Positions 53,600 through 64,000 of a stretch of 64,000 nucleotides of DNA are shown here, piece by piece (positions within the stretch are counted from its first letter, which is position 1; every line of letters starts with the position of its first letter). Under the pieces are notes generated by a model. That model worked only from the letters and a program-made list of their open reading frames with translations, was not told the DNA's origin and did no database searches. Made by a program: the position numbers and the translations under genes. Source of the DNA: Sminthopsis crassicaudata. Lineage: Eukaryota. Location: NCBI RefSeq assembly GCF_048593235.1, contig NC_133619.1, forward strand, positions 453,185,644 to 453,249,643. The letters are read 5' to 3'.

Positions 53600-54110
53600 A
53601 CTTAACTGTATTGCTAGGTATGGGTATAGCTATTACAACTTAAAAGCAATTTATTAAGTTTTTACTATTTGTCAGGCCTTTCAACATACTGGGGACATAC
53701 ATATATGCAAAAATAAAGACAATCCGACTTTTAAGGTGTTTGCATTTTAATGGGAGAAAACAACCTTCTAAAAGGAGCTGAAAAGCATGGGGAAAGGGGA
53801 GAGGTACTCATTAGGAAACATAGCATTAAAATTCAGAAAATTAAAAGCTGGGAAAGGAAGTGAAGGTTAACTGGGTTGATCTTTCCCCAAAATGACAGCT
53901 CTAATAAGGATTCTCCAGTGAAAGAAGGCTGGCATGACTGTGGGATATTCAAAATGAGAAATATGGATGTGTCATGATGAAGAGTCCTAACATACTGAGA
54001 AAAATTCCAGGATGAGATTGCAACTGAGTCATGGTGGCAAAGTTAGAAAATTCAGAGGCAAACTAGGAGGAGAATGGAGAGAGAATTGAAAGTTAACAAG
54101 TTTAAAAGCC
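53600..54110 (-). mobile_element. L2-like remnant
   Basis: aaagcaatttattaag...aaataaagacaatcc...tgcattttaatggg. Confidence 0.45.
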
Positions 54111-54414
54111 AGGAAGCAGCATGTACAAAGAAAGTTAAAGTAACAAGGTCTTCACTTAGAGTTGGGTTAAAGAGAACTTTTAAACACATTAAAGTAATAG
54201 CCAGTAAATTACATTTACATTGCAGTACAAATGCCCAAAGCAAGATTTTCTTGAGAGTTTACAGATCTAAGAAATTCTGAAATTAATTCTATGTAATTCT
54301 TTAAAAATTAAAAGTAATTCCTGTTTATTTGGAATGGTTTACACATATAACAGTTTGAAGAGAAAAAAAATGAACAAGGTAATCTTCCTGAGACCCATTT
54401 CATCATTAAGTTCT

Positions 54415-54660
54415 ATTAATAGCTAGCATTTATTTAATGCTTTAAAATTTGCAAAGCACTTTACAACTATTATCTCATTTAATCCTCACAACAACCCAGA
54501 TAGGTAGGTGCTGTTGTTATTGCTATATTACAGATGAGGAAATTGAGGCAGATATAGGTAAACGGACTTGCCCAGGGTCATACAACTAGTGAGTGTTTAA
54601 GGCTGGATATCACTTGGAGTCTTCCTGATTTCCGAGCCAATGTTCTATCCATGGGACCAC
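54415..54660 (-). mobile_element. MIR-like SINE
   Basis: tctcatttaatcctcacaacaaccc...acagatgaggaaattgaggcag...ttgcccagggtcatac. Confidence 0.8.
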
Positions 54661-56019
54661 ATAGGGTTATTGATAGTTTCACCTTTGTTAGTCCAATCAT
54701 CATTCAATCAAGAGTCCCTAATTGTCCTCACTGAAATTTATATATGATTTTCACAAATTCTGAGAAATTAGAACAATACCTGTGCTTTGGATACACTCAA
54801 AATGTTTGGTTAAATTAAAATGAGTAGGTATGAAAATAGGTATGGAATCATGTTCAGATGAATTTCATTAATCATGAATAAAACTTACTTTTCAAAGCCT
54901 TACTAAAAATCATCTTTCAGAGGATACTTTATCTCCTGTTCAAGGCTATTCTCTAATGGCTTGAGTCATTTTTAAATTAGAAGAGCTGAAAAAAATCATT
55001 TTTTGTCAGTGACATTTCTTTCTTTTAGGGAAATATACAACAGGTTTTAATGGCATAAGGAGGGTCTTACAGAATATGGCTTACTCCTTCCATTGACCTG
55101 ACTTATCATAATACAAGTTCACCATCTCTTTGTTAAGTTGTCTTTATATTCAGTCCTTTTTCCTCAGAATTATTTATTGCCTACACTTGCTAATAAATTA
55201 GGATGTATTGCATTGAGTTTATCATGTTATCTAAAGCTTAAAATCTTATCATCTACTGATTAAAATTTTTAAAGACTTTTCTTATCATTGTTATTTTTTA
55301 AATATATTTCTCCAAAATAGGCAGTTTCATTCTTCAAGGAAAATCTACAGTGATAGCTATAAAAAATATCATGTCTTGAGATATATTTAGACATTCAAAC
55401 TGACTTAGTATTTAACATGTGTCTATGTGTCTTTGAAGATGAATGTCATATGCTAAAAAATGTCATTTCTTATTTTATTTGTTAATATTTATTCACTAAA
55501 TAGCTAAATATATTAATTATATATTATCTGCAAATAACTGGGCTAGACCCTGCAGATTAAACAAGGATAAATGAGATATGGGCCTGGCATACAGTTCTCT
55601 AAAAAGACATACTGATTTAGTAGACAAATTCTTGGATCTAGAGTTAGAAAATTGATCTTAAGTTCTATTGTAACATATAATACTCCCTATGTAATTAGAT
55701 TTCAATTTTTTGTTCATAAATTGGAAGTAATAATACATGTTGAATCTACCTGGAGACACTAAAGTATTATCTAAGTGACAGCTAGTTACAGTATTGCAAT
55801 CTAGAAGAGATATGACATGCACCCAAATAGCTATGATACAAATGATTGGCAACAATCAAAAATAATAGCTGGCATTTAAGATGAGCTTTAAGGTTATCAA
55901 AGTGTTTTACAAATATTTTTTCATTTGATCCTCACAACAACCCTAGCAATTAGATGTTAACTTCATTTTAAGGTTGAGAAGACTAAGACAGTTAAGTGAT
56001 TTGGGTCATATAACTATTA

Positions 56020-56163
56020 NNNNNNNNNNNNNNNNNNNNNNNNNNNNNNNNNNNNNNNNNNNNNNNNNNNNNNNNNNNNNNNNNNNNNNNNNNNNNNNNN
56101 NNNNNNNNNNNNNNNNNNNNNNNNNNNNNNNNNNNNNNNNNNNNNNNNNNNNNNNNNNNNNNN
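56020..56163. other. Assembly gap
   Basis: Run of N. Confidence 1.
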
Positions 56164-56479
56164 AGAAGACAGGCAGAGATAAGATCATTGAAAACATCTT
56201 GGAGGAAAAGATATTTTACTTGAATCTTTAAGTTTGGATAACCATAATAATTGACATATTTATGGGCTCTAAAGCTTTTAAAGGACTTTTGAACACACGC
56301 AATAACCCTAATTAGCAAATACCATAATTATTATTTTCTTTCCAGAATGGGAATATTTTCCAGATAGGAAAACTAAGGTTCAATAGCTAGCCTATAGTCC
56401 CACAGCTAGTAAGCTCCAAAGGCAGAACTTCATCCTAGACTTTCTTACTTACTCCAGGCCCAACATTCTATCCAATATG

Positions 56480-57170
56480 CTTTACTTGCTACCTGATAAG
56501 AGAGAGTACAGACAAGCAAAAAAGGGTTGGAGGTGTATTCAAGAAAATATTACAAACAACAAAAATAGCAGAGAAAAAAAAAGAGGCAGAAAGGGATATT
56601 CTTTGTTTAAGGGATAATGAATAGTCCAATTTGGCTGGAGTTAAGAGGATGTGAGGGATTATAATGATTTAAATCTGGAAAGGTAGGTTGGAGCCAGATT
56701 ATGAAAGACATTGAATGCCATGCCAAGGAGTTTAGGAAAGGGGGTAGAGGGGAGAGACATTGAGGGTGGCTTACAATGCAGTGGTCCTTAAACTTTTTAA
56801 ATAGGGGGCTAGTTCACTGTCCCTCAGACTGTTGGAGGGCTGGACTATAGTAAAAACAAAAGCTCATACTCTGTCTCCGTCCCTCAGCCCATTTGCCATA
56901 ACCCAGCAGGCCGCATAAACGTCCTCAGCTGGCCCCATCTGGCCTGCTGGCCGTAGTTTGAGAACCCTTGCAATAGAGTGTCAAAATAATGTTAAGAAAC
57001 ATCGGGAAGGTCGAAATGAAGAGACCATACACTGTAGGTGGGGAAAACCAATTAGACTATTGCAATAACAGGAGAGTTTTAATGAGAATATAAACTAGGA
57101 TGTTGGTGGTGGATATGGAAAGGAGGAACAGATATGACAGAGATTACAAGAACAATATAGATGAAACTTG
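56480..57170 (-). mobile_element. L2 remnant interrupted by the OC1-like MITE
   Basis: tccaatttggctggag...ggaaaggtaggttggagccagattatgaaagacattgaatgccatgccaaggagttt...ccaattagactattgcaata. Confidence 0.6.
56779..56970 (+). mobile_element. OposCharlie1 (OC1)-like hAT MITE
   Basis: Imperfect TIRs CAGTGGTCCTTAAACT / AGTTTGAGAACCCTTG; internal ttcactgtccctcagactgttggagggctggactatag recalled as OC1/hAT2 MITE sequence. TSD not clean. Inserted in an L2 remnant. Confidence 0.7.
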
Positions 57171-58154
57171 ATAGAAAGTTATAGAATAATGACTTGATTC
57201 TTATTAACTTCACTTTTTTGAAAATATTCTATTTGAAAATGACAACAATATGGGTAGAATCTTCATCAACCTGGTTTGTTGTCTAACCCAATTTAAACAT
57301 TATGCAAGCTTCAATTGAAACAGTACAGATCATCTTGACCTGCCAGGAACAGTGATGTTCACAAAATTCTAAATTAAATTTGAAATGCAATGTTAAAGTT
57401 TAAAAATGCCCCTGAACATTTCCAATTTAATTTGACGTTAGTTTTTGTGTCTATTACTTTGTTGTCATTTATAGAATTCCTCAAACTGGTTTGAGTGAAC
57501 CAGAAATTTTTGTGCAATTATTCTTTCCAGCATTCTATGTTTGGTATATAAGAAGAAAGCTTGGTCAACTCTCTCTCTTGTCTACACATGCAAAGAAAAT
57601 GGAAGACTGAATCATGTTATAAATATAAATCAGGCAAGAATAAACAGCTTCTACTTGAAGTATTCACATGAGAATGTACTCATTTGTTCACTCTATAAAC
57701 ATTTGTTAAGGATCTCTAGGAAATTATAATTTTTAATTTAAAAAGAACTAGATATTTTGTAGATATTTTGGACTTGAATTATTTATATATTTACCTTGTT
57801 TCCTACTTTTTTATGTAGATTAGCATAATCTTTGGGTTTGTAAATAAAAGAAATATATGAATATAATTATTTATGTAACAAATAATTTTGCCCCTTCCCC
57901 GATTTTAAAGGTTTTTTTTAATTTCATTTCATCTTATCATGTAAGGATCTTTAAAAAAAAAAAAAAAAAAAGAAAGAAAGAAATGGTGGAATTTTTATTT
58001 TGTTTTTGGTATATTTCCCCTTAAAGTAGGCAAGTTCAGTCTTTATCCCACAATAGTTTTAATATACTGTTTTCATTTTACACAGGCAGGTATTTATCAT
58101 TGCAATACTTTAAAAAAAAAGTCTAATAGATAGTGCTTTGGATGGAATTTTGTC

Positions 58155-58383
58155 ATTGCTCAGTCTTTTCCAGTTGTGTCTGACTGTGATCCCATTTGGA
58201 GTTTTCTTTGCAAAGATATTGGAGTGGTTTTAAATTTCTTTAGTTCATTTTACAGATGAGAAAACTGAGGTAAACAAGTGACTTGCCCAGGGTCACACAA
58301 TTAGTAAGAGTATGAGCTCAATTTTGAACTCAGGAAGATGAGTTTGAGTCTAGGGCTGGTGATCTCTTCACTGCACCATCTAA
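58155..58383 (-). mobile_element. Mar1-type SINE
   Basis: atcccatttggagttttctttgcaaagatattggagtgg...ttttacagatgagaaaactgagg. Confidence 0.8.
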
Positions 58384-59689
58384 TAATGTTTTCTGCCTTG
58401 TTTACTTTAAGGACCTATTATCAACATGCCAACAGGAACAACTGTTGTTATTCATTAGAATAGAGTTTATTTTCTATTTGATTAAAATTGTGCTTTGTTA
58501 AATGAAACGGTCATTTTCCAAATGACCAGAAGCTGCCAATGTTTCATTATAATGTGGTGGTTGTCATCCTTGTTTATGTTCTTCTTGATAGCTGTGGACC
58601 TTTTTACTCTTCTCTTAAATAAATAGATTGCTTCTGTGAACTCTTGAATTTTACCTTGTCATTTTTCTTTTCACTCACCTAGATCAAATATGAGACCTAT
58701 TTCCTCCTGTTCCTTACCACTTAAGGCATATTTTCTGCTAGGCTTTTGGTGCCACTATTCATTTTAGTACTTGTTGTCCCCTATTCATTCCTTTTACCAG
58801 ACCATCTTATTTCATTCCAGGACAAATAACAAATCCCTTTTCATTTTCCTTTTGCATAGTCATTCCATCCTTGTCCCTTTTGGTTCTGAACACTAAAAAG
58901 CAGTAATTGGACCAGTGTAGAACTAGGTATAGTTTGGAAAGTCATCAAGACATTTTAAGAAATGTACAAATATCATCATAAGCTAATAGAGTAGCCCTCT
59001 GTGACAACAAAAATAACAATATTAATAACTAGCATTCATATAGTACTTCAAGGTTTCCAAATACTTTACAAATAGTATCTCATTGTATCCTCACAACTTT
59101 ATGAAGCAGATATTGCTATTATCCCCAATTATTAATCCCCCATATTACAAATGAGGAAGATGAGGCTAACCTAAACATGCTATAAAAATTCACAGTTAGT
59201 AAGTACATGAAGTAGAATTTGAATTCAGGTCTTCTTGATTCCTATATTCTACTCACTGCATCACTTAGCCTCCTCTCTACCCATCACCAACTCAGTGAGG
59301 TATAAACCTTAATTTCCAGGTAGGGAGAGGGCTACCCAGGGTTTCCTACACAATTAATTGTTTGTTATATATTTACATCTCAGAATTCCCCATGCAAGGG
59401 CTAAAGAGGCCTTTATAGTATTCCATTCCTCAGATCAGGCTACATCTGAATTATCTCTTCTCTTGCAGAGAACAACCACTATTAAAAATAAAAATAAAAT
59501 AAATAAAAAACCAAATGGAGAGGCTCTTCCAGGAGATAATCTTTTGGATATGTACTGAATCCCTTCCTCACTTAATTAGATACAAAAATATCTTCCTCAA
59601 CTTCAACCAGGGATTATTCATCCTATGCATCTCTTGCACTGTTACTACTAAACACAACTGATAGAAGTCACAACACTGTGTTGATTGGT

Positions 59690-60216
59690 TCAACCACAAA
59701 TTTATGTTATCTAATTTCAGCTGAGTCCTTACTGTAGCAAGGCAATCCTTTTCCTCCCTAATTGATTTTCTGTCCTACTTATCACAATGACTGTTCCAAA
59801 ACTTCTTCTCAAGTGTCCCACCACACCCCCTACCCAACTTTCTCAGCTGAATATCTTTCCTTATCCTTACCACCCCTCAAAAAAATCAGTCATTTTCTAA
59901 GTTCATTTCTTTTTCTTCCCTAGTATTACTCCAAACTCTCCCTAATATCAACTCCACTATCTCTTCTTTCACTCTATTCTCTAATAAAGAAATAGTCCTT
60001 CCCTTTGCTAAGACTACCCTCTCTACATATACCCTTGATCCTATATTCTCCAATAAAATATTTTCTAACAGATTTCCTTCACTATCATCCTCTCTCTAAT
60101 TTTGAATCTCTCTACTTTTTTCCATGCTGTCTATAAACATGACCAAGTTCCCTCCCTCCATTCTCAATTCTTATTCTTTTTGAGCCTTCTGAAGTATTAA
60201 ATCATCATCTCTCATA

Positions 60217-60252
<36 letters not shown>

Positions 60253-60840
60253 AAATCACTCCTTTTCAGTCTGTGATTTAGATATTATTATAGATATAGA
60301 TATATAGATATATCTTTACCCATGTCAAAACTATTTTCTGTGGGTGACATCAAAGCTATGTTCTGTGTCCTCTTCTCTTTTTTCTCTATCCTCTCACACC
60401 AACACCAATTATTTCAATTATTATTTCTATTCAGATGAGTCCAGAATCTATCTATTTCTAGTCTCTCTACTTAGTTCCAGTCTTTCATCACCAACTGCCT
60501 ATTATTTATTTTAAACCAAAGTGTCCCATGGGCATCTTAAATTTGTTATATCCAAAACAGAAGTTATCTTTCCCAAAAACTCATCCATCTTCAGAATTTT
60601 ACTAATACTATTGAGAGTACTACCATCCAATGAACCATGTTAGAAATCTAATTCTCATCCTAGAGTCCTCACTATCATTCATCCCCATATCAGTTTAGTT
60701 CAGTTTAGTTCATTTCTCCTCACACAAACATCACTCTACTTCAAACTTTCCTCATCTCTTGTTTCTATTATTGCAATAGCTTTCTCACTGACTACCCCAA
60801 GTCTCTTTATATCCTACAAAATGATCTGAGAGGTCAGATT
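59690..60840 (+). mobile_element. L2 remnant
   Basis: Pyrimidine-rich L2 body (catcaccaactgcct...gggcatcttaaatttgttatatccaaaacagaa...attattgcaatagc). Confidence 0.55.
60214..60312. repeat. (TA)n and (GATATA)n microsatellites
   Basis: Direct reading. Confidence 0.85.
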
Positions 60841-60849
60841 TCTACTGAT

Positions 60850-61650
60850 TTAAAACAATAAACTATAATTTGAAAAATAAAATAATTTTAGCAGCTATAT
60901 GGGAGGGACAATAGAGAGAGATTTGAGGAAATTAGATCAATTAGAAAGCTATTGCAATGGACTAGGTATAAGAAGTGAGGAGGGCCTGAGCTTGGGTAAA
61001 AGATGGAACTCTAAGACAGATATTGTGAAGGTTAGATACAGTAATATTTGAAAACTAATTGAATATGTAGCATAAGTGACAATGAGGCATCTAGGATGAT
61101 ACTAATGTGAACCCGGGTAACAGACAATATAATGATCCCCTTGACAAGTAATGTTTGGAAAAGGGTAGGATTTGAAGAGAAAGAAAAACCATTCTGTTCT
61201 GGACATTGAGTTTGATTTGCTCATGAAATCTTAAGTTCAAGTTTTTCTACAGGTAATTGGTTATATAAGACTAAAGCTTAGAAAAGAGACTATGGCTGAC
61301 TATGTATAAATGAGAATCATGTTACAGAGTAAAAATTGAACCAATGAGAGTTTACCCTTTTTACGATAATGGTTTCAACTTAGTGATAGGCATCCAAACA
61401 TGGCATGATGAGACCACTAAGTGATATAGAGGAAAAGAGAAGAAAACTGGAGAAGAGAAGAACTGACCATCAACATATACCTTCAGTTAGTGCATGGGAT
61501 TTGGATGAAGATCCAGTCAGGAGGGGAAAAAAGAGAGAATCAGTGTGAGGAAGATCTAGAAAGAAGAAAGGTCCATAAGAAAAGGATGGCCAGTAATATC
61601 AAAAGAGAGAGGTCAAGAAGGACGAAGATTGAAAAAAAGCTAATAGATAT
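60850..61650 (-). mobile_element. L2 remnant; host of the ERV insertion
   Basis: aattagaaagctattgcaatggactagg...ctaggatgatac...gttctggacattgagtttg. Confidence 0.55.
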
Positions 61651-61653
61651 GGC

Positions 61654-62326
61654 TGTGAAGATCAAGTTAGCAACCTAGATGCCTTGGAATCATCCAGAGT
61701 CAGGATAAGCAAAAGTCCTTGGTCATTATTCTTGGTGAAAGGGATAGACACAGGTTCTCCACATCTCATCTACCGCCAAAGTGACCCCTGCTTGTCTTAC
61801 TCCACCCTGTAAAGGATTGAAATTCTGAGCAAATGCACTTGGACAACCTAGCACTTGAGGCTAATTACCAATTGGACAATATTCTATTAACATATGCTTG
61901 GAGGATGACCTGCTCAATTATTCTGTGCTGGCTCTATCTGTGGGTGTGGACAGACAAGGGTGAGAGAGATCAGAGGGTGGAGTAGGACAAGCAGATTTCA
62001 TTCTTTGGCAGTAAAGAGAGAAAGGAGGTGTGGAGATTCCTATATCTAATCCCCAGACAGCAACCCCAGAAGACCAAGAATAAAGACTTTTGCTTATCCT
62101 GACTCCATCTGATTCTAAAATATCCAGGGTGTTCACAAAGTCACAACATCACTCTCTAATCCCTCCTACAATTATCTGTATATACCAAAAGATCTAGCCT
62201 GCACAGAATAGTGGGAAGGGCCATTTTCCAAGCATATACTAATACAGTATTGTCTAATGGGTAATTAGCTTTAAGTGCTCGTTTGTCTGATTCCAATGTA
62301 TCAACTCAGAGTTTCATCCTTTTACA
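61654..62326 (-). mobile_element. ERV 3' LTR, split by a nested solo LTR (pieces 62149-62326 and 61654-61807)
   Basis: Minus strand begins TGTAAAAGG after the PPT and ends CTTCACA. Both pieces are homologous to the nested LTR. Confidence 0.8.
61808..62148 (+). mobile_element. Solo LTR inserted antiparallel into the ERV 3' LTR
   Basis: TGTAAAGG...CACAACA termini, AATAAA at 62079-62084, degenerate 6-bp TSD ccaccc / tcactc. Confidence 0.8.
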
Positions 62327-62347
62327 TCTCCTGCTTTCTTTTATTTT
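62327..62347 (-). other. Retroviral polypurine tract
   Basis: Minus strand AAAATAAAAGAAAGCAGGAGA immediately before the LTR start TGTAAAAGG. Confidence 0.75.
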
Positions 62348-62518
62348 AGAACACAGGTGGTCACACCATCCCTGATTTCTCAGGAAGGGAGGTGAAAGCA
62401 TTAAAAAGGAGATGATCATGCCCTCCCTGACTTCTCAAGAAGAGAGATGAAAAACACCAAAGGGGAGTGGGGAGTCAAGCCAGATATTGCTAGTGGGTTT
62501 CTGGGCTGAAGGGTCTTA

Positions 62519-63061
62519 CTAGAAACAGGTATGCACAAAACCATCAGCATGGGAGGTATTACACAAGAACATAGCAATAAAGCACAGGATATTAGTGATG
62601 ATTCTCCCCACAGTTGGGGCAGGCTCAATGTGGTAGAACAAACATGAATTGTACATGCAAGTAGTGATATAACAAACAATATAAATCAACATGGAATTGT
62701 AAAAGATTTCCAGAAGTCCTAGAAGGAGGGTATTGTAAACAACAGTCACACATACACCTTCTTCAGCAGCCAAGAGATAGTCCAAAATCAATCTACTGTC
62801 CATTATTTCACATGTAAGGGAGTCCAATGATCCCTGTTTTTGAGGTCCTGCAACAGTCTTTTTATGTATAAGGGAATCCAATGATTCCTGTAGATTTTGA
62901 AGTCCTGCAACAATCTTATCATTTCTCAGAAAATCCAATGATTCCTGAGGGTTTTCAAATCATATAACAATCTTTTCATGTCTCAGGGATTCCAATGATT
63001 CCTGAGGGTTTTGAAATCCAACAATTTTTGATGTCCATGAGTCAAACGCCATAACTGCCAT
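62519..63061 (-). pseudogene. Env transmembrane remnant: repeated heptad plus immunosuppressive-domain-like motif
   Basis: Frame reads ...LQNLQESLDSL...MDSRLILDYLLAAEEGVC (ISD-like motif at 62750-62803), with one in-frame TGA. No SU and no CX6CC motif. Confidence 0.65.
62815..63030. repeat. Tandem array of about 4 copies of a 54-57 bp unit inside the ERV
   Basis: Anchor tccaatgat at 62823, 62877, 62934 and 62991 (spacing 54, 57, 57). Confidence 0.9.
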
Positions 63062-63149
63062 CCTCTTTCAGTGGTGAGCACAGTCAGCAATGGAACCATC
63101 CGATGTTTCTTGGGTCTTCTTCGTTACAAGGGTCTGCTTCGTCTCTCTC

Positions 63150-64000
63150 TGATGGACATGGTGAATACAGCTCATTGGCACCCATCTGATTCCTTTTCCA
63201 TCTGTGGAGATACAAGCAAACCTTCTCACCCAATTCATCACTTTCTGGGTCTCTCCACATCACCTGGCAATTATCTAAAAATAGTGGAGCTGCTCACACT
63301 GGACGTTGCATTCCAGTGGGTTATAAAACCTGTCTGCTGAAGCCAGTGAATCTTTGTCAAAAATCAAGAAGTTAATAGTATAAAGAGCTAAATTTAGAAG
63401 TTTTCTAGGGATACCCGTGACTCCCCCCTTTTTTTTGTTTTTGGAGGAACGTCTTAATGTCTCTGTTTCTCCTGTCTACTATTGCCTGTCCTTGAGGATT
63501 AAAGGGTATTCCAGTAGTGTGTAAAATATTATACTGTGCACAAAAATGTGCAATATGTTTAGAAATATATGCAAGTCCATTATCTGTTTTCATTTCTTGT
63601 GGCACACTCATAATTGCAAATGCTTGTATAAAGAATTCAGTGACTACCTGGGCTGTCTCTTTTGCTGCTGGTATTGCAAAAGTGAATCCTGAAAAGGTAC
63701 CTACCACAACATGGATAAAAGACAGATGGCCAAAAGATTTATAATGGGTTACATTCATTTCCCAAATTTCATTGGGTCTCAAACAACAAGAGCTCATCCC
63801 TGGAGGGTGTGTAGGAGCGTGGAAAGGAAGGCAAGCTGTACAGGCTTTTACTATGTTCTTAGCTTCCTCTCTTATTATTCCAAATTGTAAGCAGCCTGAT
63901 GATATTTAAAATGAAATTCTTAAGCATTCTGAAATATTGGCCAACATGTCTAGAAGGCTATCTGCCTTTAAATTACCATCAAAAATAGGACCTGGAAGTC
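63150..64000 (-). pseudogene. Defective ERV pol: RNase H end and integrase
   Basis: ORF 63405..63797 reads LRPNEIWEMNVTHY...KTDNGLAY...GIPFNPQGQAIVDR, the betaretroviral WQMDVTH/TDNG/QGQAIVER pattern with D>N and E>D at catalytic positions. Upstream HFKYH...CTAC zinc finger has a stop and frameshift. Confidence 0.9.

Larger units (their letters stand above)
62327..64000 (-). mobile_element. Endogenous retrovirus internal region (betaretrovirus-like pol, deleted env), running off the window
   Basis: On the minus strand: RNase H end (LPGPIFDGNLKAD), integrase HHCC and core, WRDP C-terminal motif, TM remnant, polypurine tract, then LTR. Confidence 0.9.

Noticed and set aside
62815-63030. Regularly spaced repeat as a CRISPR-like array
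   Set aside because: The whole unit repeats with no unique spacers, it lies inside a retroviral env remnant in a mammalian genome, and there are no cas genes.
49052-64000. Next KCNH7 exon (VLSLGADVLPEYK...) or an hERG1b-position first exon in this intron
   Set aside because: No such sequence seen. The exon presumably lies beyond the window, and no Kozak ATG with a phase-0 donor and basic N-terminus stood out.

Overview
AT-rich, CpG-depleted marsupial genomic DNA, probably a dasyurid such as the Tasmanian devil (inferred from Mar1/WSINE-type SINEs, marsupial L1 3' ends and an OC1-like hAT MITE; not provable without a search). The window lies inside the + strand KCNH7 gene (ERG3/Kv11.3 potassium channel). 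It holds four coding exons: 15354-15509 (end of PAS/PAC), 36781-37209, a 21-nt microexon at 41700-41720, and 48837-49051. All have canonical splice sites and chain in frame. The rest is intron with L1, L2, SINE, hAT and LTR remnants, microsatellites and five N gaps. The right end is a decayed minus-strand endogenous retrovirus. The most interesting observations are: (1) a CpG-retaining, YY1-motif-rich, apparently repeat-free island after the microexon, containing a strong-Kozak ATG and a donor that would splice in frame into the next exon, i.e. a candidate PAS-less 'ERG3b' isoform analogous to hERG1b; (2) an ERV with betaretroviral integrase, a gamma-type TM/immunosuppressive-domain remnant and an in-frame amplified 57-bp heptad unit; (3) a related solo LTR inserted antiparallel inside that ERV's 3' LTR, so its sense-strand poly(A) signal lies in an inverted-repeat arm. 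There are no prokaryotic systems. Repeat boundaries and family names come from recall of consensus sequences and are approximate unless TSDs or termini are cited.
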